DNA of 64,000 nt from Lingula anatina (Eukaryota; Animalia; Brachiopoda): the NCBI GenBank assembly GCA_051362555.1, contig CM120641.1, positions 19,964,001 to 20,028,000 on the forward strand. Direction: 5' to 3'. Position 1 is the first letter of the stretch, and each line of letters starts with the position of its first letter. A model generated the notes under the pieces. It was given only the letters and a program-made list of their open reading frames with translations, was not told where the DNA came from and did not search any database. A program made the position numbers and the translations under genes. Positions 25,290-61,416 of the stretch are shown in pieces.

Positions 25290-25630
25290 GTATGTGAGGT
25301 ACAGAGTGCATATTGTGTTCAGGTGTCATGGGTAACAATTAAAACTGTCTGTGGAATAACGTGAACTGCCATTTGTGAAGATTGTGTAATGCTACCTCAT
25401 CCATGCTAATGGTGAAAAAAACATGTTGAAGCAACTACTGTTAAGATTTTCTCCAATTCATGACATACCATGTATATATAGAGTGTGTTTTTTCATTATG
25501 GTCTTATAATATTATAAGCAGTGAAAGTTACGTTATTCGTATGTAACTTCCATGATTTTATTAGTTTACCTGTGTAGTGACAAAAAAGTGTAAGTCAGTC
25601 TTCATACCTATTCAGTTCTTATTTATTTAG

Positions 25631-38898
<13,268 letters not shown>

Positions 38899-41800
38899 AA
38901 ACAGTTATCAAATGATTTCCATACTTATACATACATAACTGTACACTCTGTTGTTGAAGTGTTGCTCACATTTAGTCTGATACTCAAACTAGAAAATTGC
39001 CTATGAAGTTTGGCTGGAAAGGGTTTTAAACAGATTTTAATAAACTCAGAATAAGAATAGACCCTTCAGATTTGTGGAAAATATGGAAATATGCCATTAA
39101 AAACACTTTTGATCAGTTGATTGCAGGGTAGAGTGACATTATTTTGGAGTTTTTCTAACATTTTACTGGTTCCTTGAAATTATAATAAAAAACATGGTCA
39201 ATGGAATACCTTCCTTTGGTAAAATTCAAAATGTCATTAATTCTGGATGTTTAAGTTTTGTAAAGAGCGAAGTTTACGTTTTGCTAGAGTTAGTATTGAG
39301 AAGTCTTATTTAATGTACTGTATATATTTTATATAGTGTCTATTCATGTCCTATTTCAAATATATGCCTGAAGTTTTCATATTACTGAAGTATAATGAGT
39401 GATGAGTATTACTCATTGACCACACTTTCTGTAGAAATCTTCAAAATGTCTCTTTAAACCCTCTGGGTTCAGATCTGTATTTAATGTAAAGTAAACAGCT
39501 GATAATTACAACTGCTTAATTTATTAATCATATAATATGTTTGACATTAGAACATGTATCAAAAGATTTCTCATTGCGTACAAAAGTTAGGTCTAAGTAC
39601 TTATTGATATTTCTAATTCAAGTTCTGTAGTGTACTGTTTTACTTATTTTACATGACTATTGGAGTGTGTTAGGCATGCTTATTTAACTAATAGACATGT
39701 GGAAGTTTTTTCCTGTCCATTATTGGTAGTATTAAGGTCAGGTGAATCTGAAATCTTCTATAAGTTCAAAACCTTACACTTGTTGACAGGTAATTTCAGA
39801 TTGGATGCCTACCAGGTGATATTGTATTTCTTTTTGTAATTTTGCAAGATTTTCAGTTATAGCAGTTATTTGTGGTTAGATATGTAGTAATTTAAATCAT
39901 TCATATTAGTAAGATTTGTCACACAGGCATTCAGGAATGAGTTATATATGTTTAAGATTATTCATGTTCAGTTTGATATTAATTTGCCTTAGTAAACAAT
40001 TTCCATGACAACCACCCTGGTTTCTTATCAGATTGATGGGCTACTTGCCATCAGAGTTACTAGCCTGTATGTGCATTGACAAAATGAAGTGCATTGGGGC
40101 ATATTGATATGTACAAAGAAATAACTGTGCAATTGAAATACCTATGTTTAAATGAGGTATTTTCTAATCAAAGTAATCAAAAGGGCAGTGTATGTCTGCT
40201 TTCAGAAACCAACTGATGGCAAATAAAATGATCTGATGATGATGCAATTTAGCAATATTATGTTGCAATTTACTTCATATAGAGTACAACTTGTTATATT
40301 GGCAGTTACTGTGCAGGCCTTACAAGGACAATACCAAGTGCTTTTAAGGTCCTGTATCAGGTTTTCACCCCCTTCCCCAGTTATTTCCAGTAGATAACTT
40401 TTGTTTATTTGTAATGAAACAATTATTTTGTTTTTGAAGTTCAAAAGATTTTAAGTCTACCATCAGGGATTTTTCTTAAATTGCTTTTCTCCTGAAATGG
40501 CAATTATGTTGTGCTTGTGTAAATAACCACAGTTACATTTGTAATAAACTTTTTTTATGATATAAAAAGTTTAAGAAATAGCATCTTCAAGTGAGGTAAG
40601 TGTGGAAGGATGTCATAGTTATTTGTATATTTTGCTGCTGCTGTATATTTTAAGATGCTTGAAATGATACTTTGCAAGGGAGTTTCTACCGTCATTCATA
40701 TGTCTGTGAAACAACACACAATCCCAACAGTTCAGTTTAAGAAAAATGCTCAGCATTTAAAGATCATGGTAATTTGTACATGCTGTATAATTGAGTCTAT
40801 GAGTCTGCTTTCAGGTTATCAAACATTTGTAATATAGGTGATAAAAGAAATAGACCAGAGTTAAAACTAATAATTGTTAATAGTACAAAATTCCTTTTTT
40901 GTGTAATTACAAGTTCTGTAGTCTTAAGACTTAATTTCTCTGTTTTAGGTTGCACAGTAATCAAGAAACGAACATAACTTTTGTGTGCATTACATTGTTT
41001 TAACAAAATGGAATCACGTAAATGATAGGCCATCATCTCGGCAGTATTTTGCTCATCTTAGTCATCCATTGATTATTGAAATAAAATACATAACAATTTT
41101 TTATTTGTATTTTATTCTCTGAATCCTTCTGGCAGGTTTGAGAAAAAATTAATTACAGTTTTTCTTTTCAATTATTTTGTTATACCTTATTTTATACTTA
41201 ATTCAAAGTGATAATTGGCACAGAAAAAGGCTTTCTGTAATTGCATGAATCATATCAATCTAAAAGCAGCAGTATGTTATTCAAGTTCTCTGCCATGGAG
41301 GAAATTTCACAATGATTTGATGGTCCAAATATTCTAGGCTAATGTGGTAGTGGTGACGGTTGCTGTAACTTCCCGTACTCACAATTTACCAAAGCATGGC
41401 ATTAACATCACAATAGAAAGGTGAGCTAGATTACATCTGTCTGATCCAATTATGTCCTGGGACCATTCTGCAGTGAGGCATTTTAAGACACTTATGAAAG
41501 ATTGATTAAATAATCTGAATCATTCAAACGCTCACAAATTTTTTTCATTTTATGGATTAATCAGGAAGACCGAAGACCGTAAAGATTCGCCCGTCTTGTG
41601 AGGATGATTTCAACAACTTCTCGATCAAAACGCGCCCTACCTGTGGTCATTTACATAACAATATGACGCTCAGCGTAGAGCGAGTTGTCTTTCAGAATAA
41701 TCATTTGACGGCTGGATTCTGTAAGAAGTGGACGCAAGATAGGTGTGGTGAAGTCGCAAGGCCAAACATTTCTTTCAGTCCGGAACCAAATATGTCTTGT

Positions 41801-44800
41801 GAGTAACAATTCATTTACAACCACGTACCAAAATTGTATACATGTTCGTCCAGTGTGCACAACTCTTAAGTGTACATGTATGACTCTCGTAATTTCAAGG
41901 TACAGGCTAATGATTTGAAAATCCCTCAAATGCTTATTTTTGCCACCACAGCTTCTTATATACCTTAAATACACCTTATAAACGATTTAACCCCTTAAAT
42001 AATTTTTCTTGGGAGTACATTATCTGATGTTAATATCCCTTAGAGCTTAGGCAGATGGTCGCTGGTTAGGCCTATACATAGTGGCTGGTCAGTCATTTAA
42101 AACTAAATAAGCCTTTATAGCTTCAATTAAAGGTCAAATCCAAATGCAGAGAGGGGTAGATAAATGATTCGTGAGTACAAGAAAATTGCTTATTTCCTCG
42201 GGAAAATTTTTAATGATTTTTAAAACAAGCGAGCTGCACGTGCACATGTCACCCAACGCCTCCTTTTGTCACAAAGAAATTATGTAAAACTTATTTACGA
42301 TGTTGGATTATAAGCGTCTTTTACGGACTGAAAAAGATGTTTAAATTACATGTTCATTTTACGTAAATTCGCCATTACGCTTCCCTGTCCAACGTGATAG
42401 AGAGCCCCCCCCCTCCCCCCACATGTACTTTCTCTTTCATAAACAATACATTTGAAATTATATGTGAACCGAATAACTACATATTTTGACTTTCTTTATC
42501 CCAAATGTGCCAATGAAATAAAGTGCAGGTGCTGAGTTTGAAAGACCTTGGTACCGCTGACGAATAATTTATATTTGTACTAATGGTGGATAGTTAGAAA
42601 TGGGTAGACAATGGGCCGATTTTAAGTCTTAACAGAAAAAAACTTAAAAATCTAATTTAAAATTAGATTCAGTATCTTGATAAATGCCTTATTTACTCTC
42701 GTTCCCCGCATCTTTCTCATCCGACCGACGACGCCCCTTTCTGTCATTCAGAAACCGAAAGTGCATGTACATGTTAAATAACTGCCAGTCTGGAGATGGG
42801 TGATGAAAAAGAAAGATTGATTAAATAATTTAAAATAGCAAGTATATGAATTGAAGGTAAATTTTACCAATGTACTACTTATGTATAATGTATACATGTA
42901 TGTTAAGCAGTGTAAGGAAAAAAAACGCGGACACGCGCGAGATGTGTGGTAATGCTGTGCCCCATACATTTTTATAATCACCCACTACATGTTAAAATTA
43001 AGCACTTTTATGAATCTGCACTTTGTACTTGCAAACCAGTCATCAAGGATGTGCTTGGGCAATTTGGAATTCAGTGCAACAGGGGGTTTGGCTGTCCCTG
43101 GGGTGTTGATTCTAAATTCTTTTCACATTGTTATTTCTATATAGGTCTGTCAAAGATTCAACTCCCTAACTCTAATGGTCTAGGAAGAGACAGAGGGAAT
43201 TACTAACGCACAGACCCACGGACGGGCAGAAGAACATGATCCTCGACTTGTCTCAAAAGGGGATAAAGATGCAGTAAGTCTACCTGTTGTCAGCGACAAC
43301 CTGGTTCAATTGTGAGTTTTCCCATATAATATAGCTGAGGATACTTTTGATGAGCAAAATATTTGTTAACAAAGGTAAAACTGTAAGGTTTTCACTCCAA
43401 TAGGATACGTGTCAATATGCATTTAGGTGTCACAGACTGTAATACAAATGAGAACTGTTGTCGATGGGTAGCCATCGCATATCCCCGCACTTCCCCGCCT
43501 GGTGGTTTACTGAAAACGTGTAAGTGGATCTAAAAATTTTGCAAATCAAGCTGCAAATGATCGCATGGATGGTATGGAAAAGTTATTTTATATATCACTT
43601 TTATATATCACTGTCAGTGTGATCACACAGATCTACTCCACGTAATTGTGCCACGAGAACAAATAACTCTTTCAAAAACAATTATGTTTTGTAGCTTATG
43701 TTTTTCGGTGCCTACATTAGAAAGTGGCCTATGTTATATTTCGTTTGATTTTTTAAAACAATACATTTTTCAACTGTAGCAGACGTTTTTTTTTGTTTTC
43801 TCGATGGCACAAAATTTTTGATACCCGTGCGATATTTTCTTAATAGTCTTTTCTCATGCTATAGATAAGTATTGTACCATTCATCCAATAAGATTTGCTA
43901 TTCGCGAGAAAACTGGAGGATCCATCAAATCATTTGCCTTACTCGATACTTTACGATAATCTGCCCCTTGGCTAAATTCCCTCCTTTGCAGTAACTTTTG
44001 AGACAGTTTTTAAAAATTTGTTCCATTTTCCCTTGCCATTTTTTTCGAAATAAACTAGAAATTGGTGCAAACGTGAAATATTCACTGAGATTCGTTGTGG
44101 AAAAAGGTTAAACCTTGAGATATACATCAAGTGGCTTTTTAAAGTTGGTGTGTAACCTACAGTGCGATTTTTTCAATATCAGCCTTCATTTTCAGTTTAT
44201 TTAATCTTAGTCCAAATTCTATGTCACTGAAACATCAAATTATTTGTAACTTTTTTTTCGTATTTCAGAAGCTCCTTTGCAGTGATGCTGTAGAATGCAC
44301 ATGCGACTGACAGAAACTTGTCCAGCCTTCTGTCCCTGTTTGGAACCGGACACACACGCATGCACTCACACGCACGCAAGCTATATAGTGAAAATAGCGT
44401 ATGCTTTTACTGTGATTTGTAAACCATTTTAACTTATAAGCCTACATATTTTCATATATTAAAATGGTGCTTAGAATCACCGTGTTCTTTTCGTGTCAAT
44501 TTTACCCTGAAAACACTTTTGTTTTAAAATTATACCCAAAATATTGACAGTGACCTTTTTTTCCCCAAATTATACCCAAGAGCGAGCTAGGATGCATCTG
44601 TTTCTGCCAGATTTTGTTATGTACATGTGTAATGATTTAGATCCAAGTGTTAGAAATATAATAATGTAATGTTCAAAGTGTGAGCACATCCCAACTTTCA
44701 AACTGCATCGTAAAATGAAACTTGTAAGCTTGTCGGGTTTGTATATCAAATTGATTACTACCGCATCAGTTGATATTGTTCTTTACATTGTAGAAGTTAC

Positions 44801-45504
44801 TTTATTTATCTATTTATTTTTGTTGTTATTTCTATATGTTATTTGACAGTCATGAATGACATACAGTTTTGTCTGAATAAATGTGCTTGCCAAGGGGAGT
44901 TTTCAATTTCATAAAAGTAATAATATTATTAATATCAATGTTTCCTGAATTTTCAGAACCTATAATCTGTAAAATCCTACCAAATGTGTTTTTATCCTTA
45001 ATTAAAATAGATATTAGTTATAACATTTTGCAAATAAAAAGAAGTGAAAGTGAAACTGAGACGCGCTTTTGAATTAAGACCAAGGGTAATTAAACGCGGG
45101 GCATTGAGGGGCGAAATAAAAATTGTAGGACTGCCAATTTTCAGATTTCATATTTCCGCTTAAATTATAAAAGAGTACACGTGGCTCATCGACCTATGGT
45201 GTTCACCGTCTTACATTTATTATGCCAATTGGAAAATCCCTTTTCTGCTACCTAATGTCTTCGCTTACTTTGGTCTTATTTTAAGATATTGGTTTCTGCT
45301 AGAAAACGGCATATCAGTGCTGTAATTAAAATTATAATTTACAAAATTGCAAAGTTTTAACATTACTCTAAACCACGCATTTTACATTTTGGAAAGTGAG
45401 TCGAATAGTATTTTTTTCAAGTCTACAAGTTTCAGATGAATCTAATTTTGCCCGCTAATTTTTTCACGCTAGAATAAGTGAATCTTGTCCATTGCAACTG
45501 AAGG

Positions 45505-46140
45505 AGAGGTGGGTCAAGTCCACTCCATCTGAGGGGTGTTAGGATGGGCGAGTCCACTCCAACTGAGGGGTGACAGGTGGGGCGAGTCCACTCCAACTGA
45601 GGGGTGACAGGTGGGGCCAGTTCAATCCAACTGGGGGGTGACGGGTGGGGCGAGTCCACTCCAACTGAGGGGTGACAGGTGGGGCGAGTCCACTCCAACT
45701 GAGGGGTGACAGGTGGGGCCAGTCCACTCCATCTGAGGGGTGACGGGTGGGGCGAGTCCACTCCAACTGAGGGGTGACAGGTGGGGCGAGTCCAATCCAT
45801 CTGAGCGGTGACAGGTGGGGCGAGTCCACTCCATCTGAGGGGTGACAGGTGGGGCGAGTCCAATCCAACTGAGGGGTGACAGGTGGGGCGAGTCCACTCG
45901 AACTGAGGGGTGACAGGTGGGGTGAGTCCACTCCATCTGAGGGGTGACAGGTGGGGCGAGTCCACTCCAACTGAGGGGTGACAGGTGGGGCGAGTCCACT
46001 CCAACTGAGGGGTGACAGGTGGGGCGAGTCCAATCCATCTGAGGGGTGACAGGTGGGGCGAGTCCACTCCATCTGAGGGGTGTTAGGTGGGGCGAGTTAA
46101 ATCCATCTGAGGGATGTAAAATGGGGCGAGTCAATTCTAT
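45505..46140. repeat. 34-bp G-rich minisatellite, ~18 copies
   Basis: Unit AGTCCACTCCAACTGAGGGGTGACAGGTGGGGCG with period 34 (e.g. 45551 to 45585); explains the three repetitive minus-strand ORFs. Confidence 0.95.
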
Positions 46141-48321
46141 TCAGGGAGTGACTATATGTCAATGGCAGACGTTAAGGTGATTAACCATTTTATTTTCAAA
46201 TATTTAAAACGTACATAATCCATTGTGGAAGTTATCATTAAATTTACAATTTTTTAACAGAAAAGAATGTGAAAGCAAAGCCCTTAATAAAAATGGAAGC
46301 AGAAGCTGTAAATTGTAAACAAACCGCAAAAATGAAAATCTGACTGAATATATTACTTAAAACTTACACACCATACAAAAGATGATAGATTGATTGATTT
46401 GAACTAGTCGTAGGGTTAGGAGATATCAACTCTGGGGAGATAGACTCACATTAAATAATTGGTCTGAAATTTGCCTACTCCACGATAAATTCAAACTCGT
46501 AACATTATTTCCTGAACATTTTAGTGGAATTTAAAACTTATCTCCAAATACACGAAATAGTGAGAACACTCAGTATTTTTTAACCATGCCATTTTTTTTC
46601 ACAAAATAAGAATTGGAAAAACGTTCATTCACCCTTATAATATCACAATATACTTGTTGTCCAAATTTCAGTTGTCAAGTTGTCAGAATCTTTCCAAGTT
46701 TTCGATTTTCAAATCTTTAATTTAAATCTTCATATAATTAAATGTTCATCTGAATTTTATTAAATGTAAAACATTTTTATAGGGGTGGACGGTCGCATTT
46801 GTTTCAAAAGATGCAAAAAACCTATTATACTATGGAATAAATTTAGAAAAAAAATCTATAACGCTAACTTTAAATACAATTGATGAATATTGGTGGAAAA
46901 TTTTGTAGGTTAATTCTTTCAGTGGGTTTAGAATTTTTAAATGCTCAAAAAGTATTTGGCTAAGTACATGGCGCGTTTTGAAAGCTTTTTGTGTTTTAAA
47001 AACCTGGTACCTTGGAAAGCTGTTTACCCCAACGGCAACATGAATAGATCATATTAAGCAAATTTGAAAGTGTTAAAACAGTTATATTTATATCATTTTC
47101 CTTCCCCCTAATCATTATCAAATAAAAAACACGGAACGTTTTTTTTATTCAGTTTTAATATAACACAGGCATGAGTGGGCGTCGGTTTCCTGAATGCTGG
47201 GTGGTGGGCAGGCGCATGTTGTGACCATCTCGGTGCGCTTCTGAAATGAAAAGAATAATACCGTTTTAAATTTCTGGCCACACGGGCAGATGCGACCAAT
47301 ATACTAATATGATATTTCACAGGGGGGGGGGGGGGGGGGATACTTAAATTATTATGACATATCACTGTGGGGAGAATACTTACATTTTAATTAAAAGAGT
47401 TAATTTGTTGGCGTGTCCGAAGCTCAAGGGCGGCTAGTACCATAAAAAGAGGCTGGATTCGAGTGTGCCTTACGAGACGTCAAAATCATATTCTGAAATA
47501 AATAAAATATTTAAAGACATGACTAGAGTACTCCGAGATGACGGTCCTTTACCAAAACAAAATGTGAATATTAATGAGATAAAAGTTATCTAAAAATATG
47601 GAGAATTTTGAAATCACTTCTTTCTCGGTTAAAACAATATCTTGAAAATTTCATCAAAGAATATAAAACGCCTTTTCAAATATTTTGCTTACATTCTTTT
47701 TATTACACAAGAGCAGTTCAAGAATGCTACGGTCCACACAGTAGGCCTACTAACCAGAACGATACAGTTAATATATTAAAAGGGTTATCGTTTTTTATCA
47801 GAATCAAACGGCACATCGGAAGATTAACTATATTACAGGGGTGTGACATTTAACTTTATCTCTTGGTTGATCGTGCATTTGTCATATAAATGATCGCAAA
47901 ATACCAAGGAACTTTTTGTTCAATTTCTGCCGTGTAAACAGTGGGCCAAAATGCATAATATATAATCACACAATTTTAAGAATAATACGTTAAGAAACTG
48001 TAAAGAAACGACAAAATCAATTTACTTGAAAAAACATTACACATTTAGCCAGGAAAAGAACTCGACTCTGGTCCCCAGTGTTAAGTGACCATGAGACATT
48101 CAGCAAGAACACCCCACAGGACGTGAAGGAGGGACATATAATCTGGATTTTTCTTCACAAACACCTCTTGAACACGAACAAGAATTAGGCTTAAGAAAAA
48201 AAAACAGGGGCAAGGCCAACCTTCGAACGAAATCCAACCTATACTACAAACCAGAAAGTTATAGTTTACATAAAATTTATAGAATATATAATTACATAAT
48301 GAAATAATCATGGCAGGTAAT

Positions 48322-48567
48322 CACTGGCTGATCCAGGATTGTGCTTTTTTTTTGGGGGGGGGGGGGGGGGGGGCACACAAGGATACAAAATGATAAAAAA
48401 ATCAGTAATCAAATCAGAAATCAATTTTTGTCATTTGTAGAGCACTGGGATGAAAAATATTTTTACTAGTTTTGATAGTTATTATTTTGAGAAGGGAGAA
48501 GTGGTGGGCCTACCTCTGAACCAAAAGTAGATACACGTGTTCGCCGTGTCCCGTAATTCCGCCATTG
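48322..48567. mobile_element. Degenerate relative of the CAGTGGCGGA-type element
   Basis: Begins CACTGGCTGATCCAGGATT plus a G-run and ends AATTCCGCCATTG, resembling the 9139-9234 termini. Confidence 0.35.
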
Positions 48568-51500
48568 TGCTATTACTTGCACGAAAACACGAGTCATTTC
48601 CACAAATAAACTGGTGTGGTACATGTATTAGTTCAACACCGTATTGTTAAATGTTTTCACTTCACTTTTCACAGTAAAAGATTTATAACATTAAGTTCTT
48701 TATTTCAATGCACCGACATGAATTTTGCAATCCGAGCGCTGGCAAGTTTGGGCAACCTTTTAAAATCAAATTCTTTAAATGCAAAGATGTTCACCCAAAA
48801 CGTATTTATCAAGAAAAGGAATGTAAATGAAATCATGAGCCTTGAAGTCAAAGGAATAATTACACAGTAACAGGTAGATGTGTTTCTTTCTCTTGCTTGG
48901 TCGCTGCTAGCTCTTTATAAAAATTGTTTGTGCCAGTTTACTTCAATAAACAGGATATGTTGATACTTCGATAAACAAATAGCTGTCGTCAGCATTCCAA
49001 GTAATAAAAATATTTCCCAAAATGTGCTACCAATGTTGTCAAGCCTTATCTGCCTTGTTGACTTACACGTTCTTCTTTTTAAAAAAGACACAACGCGTCC
49101 AGACCTTTGGAGGACTGGAAAAAACCCTTTATTGGCAAATGCTTTCTCTATAGAAAACAAACTGAAAAGAAAATATTTGCGATGCAAGCTGATTTTGGAC
49201 ATTTGAAAGAAAGTGTCGTCCACGTCAGTAAAATGTCCCATGATCATTATGTTATGCCTTACGTAAGGGATACGCCAATTTAGGCAAATATCGCCCATGC
49301 AAAATAAACCATTTTATGTTACACCATCCATACAGTACTTACGGCAAATAGCTGGTGTTTTCAGTACCACATTCTTGACCTACACGTGTAAATTGTCGCA
49401 ACCTGACATGAGGCTTCTTTCTTCTCCATCTTCTACTGACCATGGTCCTATCTGAACACCTCTCACCAAAATGCTCAACTGATTTGCATAATAATGATAA
49501 TGTACACTTCATTCACTTTCCGTACGGAAGCTTCTACTAAAAGAATAGTATTTGTATTATTATAAAACACAATGAATTTCCATCCTTGGAAATTTATTTG
49601 GGTTTGTTTAAATTACAGCGTCAAAACAATCACATTTTATCAGCCATTGTATTCGATATGGTTGATCAAATGAATGATAGGAATCCAATGAAAGCACTGG
49701 TTAGTGATTGTGTTAGAGAAGATGCAATTTTACCCAATCTATTGTCAAGCTATTGTGCAACATGCCATGTTGTAAACTAAAAAGAAAATTCATATATATC
49801 TGAAACGGTGCTTTCCGACTAGTAAACCAAAACACTCAAATATTACATATGTTTTATGAAAAAATTTCTTTGAACAGCGACCATAACATAATGGGCGACA
49901 AGGTTGCGATGGAGTTATCTGTTAGCGCATTTCTGTGTTAGGCTCTTACGCCAGTTAAGTTTGTCTTTGCGTATGCAGAAAGATGTGGAATAAGACAAGT
50001 GGGATGTTTCTGAATAACTTTCCCCAGGTATGATTGATGAATGAGAGTATTGAGAGATTCAGTTTAGCAAAATAAATTAACAGTAACAGTAATAGAAAAA
50101 ATTTAAAAAGCATATAAATTCTGAAATAAATAAGTGAATAAAATGCGTGTGTGACAGTCTCAAATCCTCTTTTCACCTATTCCAGCAAAATGATTAGTAT
50201 GCCATGCCACGTATATTGTTTGGCAGTGGCAACATGTAGAATTTTTGCCATAATGGTTGTATTATTCAGCAAGAAACTTAAACAAGGTCTTATGTACCTA
50301 GGCAAATGGTGTACACATTTCAAAGATTTTCTTCTGTTTGTTAAAGTTATGAAAAATACCATTTTTGAAAAAAAAATTTATTACCTTAAATTGGTTCTGT
50401 TTAGCTGTACAGAGATGGAAAAGAATGAACGTATTGGAAAATGTGGTAAATAAAGAAAAGTATCTCTTTAAAATTAGTTGCCCACGTTGAAACGGCTTCT
50501 TCCCTTGGAATATCATTTAAAAATTAAGCCATCATTTTAACACTACAGAATGTGCATCATAATCATGGCTCTTGAACTGATGATGGAATTCAAATTTCCC
50601 CTCCACTCTATATGATCAGAAAAACTAAAAAAAATTGAGTGAAACCATTTTGAACAGTATTTTTAAAATATATGGAGATTTTCTCAAAGAAACCTCTAAT
50701 GCACTTTAACTCTACAATTTGATTTTGTAGATTCAAGTCAACTAAATGTGATCTAAATTGAGTGAAGTTAATAGGTTTCTGATAATTGCTGTCAACTCTA
50801 AAAGAGTATAGTCATTTTGAATTTTTTCAATTCTCACAAATACTGGAAAAAATGCTTGTTAAAAAACTAATTTAACACAATATATTATGCACTGCAAATA
50901 ACATTATGCTGATTTTTCCTGCCTGTCTTGTTTTCTAATTGAGCAAGTGAAAACACAAATTGTGAGATGTGCCTAAAATCACCTAAGAGATGCTTCAATG
51001 TGATAAATAAAACACTTCAAGAATGATAACAACTATCAATATACAAACTTATGGCTCTGTTAAAACGAAGTCGGCAACATTCTTGTTGACACCCAATCAA
51101 GTATTACTACAATATATGCGCAGGCACACTGTCTGAATTCAAACCCTGTTTGCCTTAATACATCGCTGATATATTGCATTCCTTCTACTCACAAGACTCA
51201 TTCACAAACTAATACTTCTGGCATCTGGAGGGGATTTCAAAACTACAATTGACACAAACATTTAATAATATTGTGAACATTGCCAGGATTTTATCACTTT
51301 ACTGTTCACTGAACCCTGGCAAATGATCTGTTATTGTATACTTTGAGCAAGTGTGAAGGACACAGTTTCTATGTGCTCCTTTCTGATTATGCAACATTTC
51401 TCTAAAGAGCAGTGATTTATTTGACAGTGATGTCTCAATAAATAATTTTGAGCATGACATGGGTATTCTTCAGAAAAAAAACTTGATTGCTGTATAAGTG

Positions 51501-51593
51501 CATCACAGTCCACAAGTTCTGGTTTCTCCACAAAGAACTCTATTTCCTGTACATGTCCATGGTGCTGCTGATCTGCTGCTGATGTCTAAGACG

Positions 51594-59733
<8,140 letters not shown>

Positions 59734-61416
59734 CTGGAAAAAAAAGTAAAATAAATTTACATTTGCATATGAACATATCATGCAATTTGTCAAATAGACT
59801 GAACTCTAAATTTTCGGTGAGTTTATATGAAAATTGATGTGTTCCACAGGTTTTTTTGTCCAATGTTTAGAACTGAACACTGATCGAGTTTAAAAGACAC
59901 GGATCACATTTAGCATAATTCACAACTTTTATCTATCTTTGAAGAAGCAGAATCCATATGTAATTATACTTCAGAGCAGGTGTGCTTTTCTGTTTAATCT
60001 TGGTGAAACATTATCTGGGGTATCAAATTACACTTCTTAAATCAATTCATTCTGCAAAAGAAGTATTTCATTACTATTTCTTATATTAGGATAATAATTA
60101 ACTTTATAAATTATTAATTTTCAGAAGGAACTGTTTGTACATTGTATCTACCTAAGCCCAGCATTTGATAACTGTCCAACATATAGTTCAATAAAACAAA
60201 ATCTGCAAATGTCAGAGTGTCCTTTAAAATAAATATGTTGCAGTGCACTTGCAGGTTCCCTTAGGGTGAGGTACCATAACTGTTTATATATTTATAGTTG
60301 TTCTTCATTTGCACCTAAAAAGGTCAGTTTTCATATTGATTATAACAGTATACAAGACAAACCATGCCCCTGGCATTGACATACACTTTTGCTTGCCTAA
60401 GCCATTGGTTTCTCTGACAGGGGTAGAATAACTGGACCCCAAAGAAACTTACAAAAGCTTAAGGCTACTGGTAATTTTCTTGCCTGACTGGAGAACTATA
60501 TGCGTCTGGTTTGCTGGACAATGCACAGTTACCTGGCAGTTCTATTTAGCTCCTACACCCCACAGTCTTTTCAAACTATCCTTGTCAAAACAAAAAATAA
60601 ACCAAGCGTGCTCCTTTGATTCTGAATTTTGTTTACACTATACTGGTGTATTTTTTATGTGACTGAACAAACCTTTAAGTTAAGGAGAGACACTATGTGG
60701 TGCTTTATGATGTGAATGTGAGTAAACAGAATAGTTGATATAACGTTACAGCCACACACTCATGTCAGCAGTTAAAACTCAGATTTTTCTCTCTTAAGAA
60801 AGATAAACACATTTAAAAACACACACCATTTACATGGATTCAAATAGCATCTGAAATATGTCATTTAATAACTCTTGCCTCATTGAGCAAAACAACCCAA
60901 AAATAAATGTTCATATCTTAGAAATGACCAACTTGAAGGAAAAAAAATGAAAATACCCTCACCTTCTCATTAAACAAGTCAAGCATTGGCTCTCAGCAAA
61001 TATTTCCCACTTGGAAGAGAAATATTTGTCCGCCTGGGTAAACGATAGATATGCTTGACTATATTCGATACATATTTGCTCTGGAACTTTCTCCAAGCAT
61101 TCATATGGCAATACCTTCCACAACTACTGGCTTTTTATTAACAGTGTCTATTACCTTCTACACCAGCTATAATTCTTACAGAAGTCCATTGAAAGATGCA
61201 TTGCTTTCAGAGTATCTGTCATTATTTTTTTACTTTTAACTTCAGTTTTAAGTATTATTCATAAATCATATGTTTTTAAAATTGTCGAAGGTATCATTTT
61301 TCAAAACAAATATCAGTTCCTATGATATATTAATAATTTTTTCAAAAAAAAAAAAAAAAAATTAATCAAATCTTTTTTAGAGTATGCCTAACTCTTTACT
61401 GAGCTCAACAATGTTA

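Noticed and set aside
45432-46134. Three long minus-strand ORFs (170-211 aa)
   Set aside because: Products of the stop-free 34-bp minisatellite; the same peptide cycles through all frames.
45505-46140. CRISPR-like array
   Set aside because: Head-to-tail repeats without unique spacers, no cas genes, eukaryotic context.
48915-49540. 127-aa minus ORF and an exon-like segment with splice signals
   Set aside because: No recognisable domain; the exon-like segment has stops in every frame.
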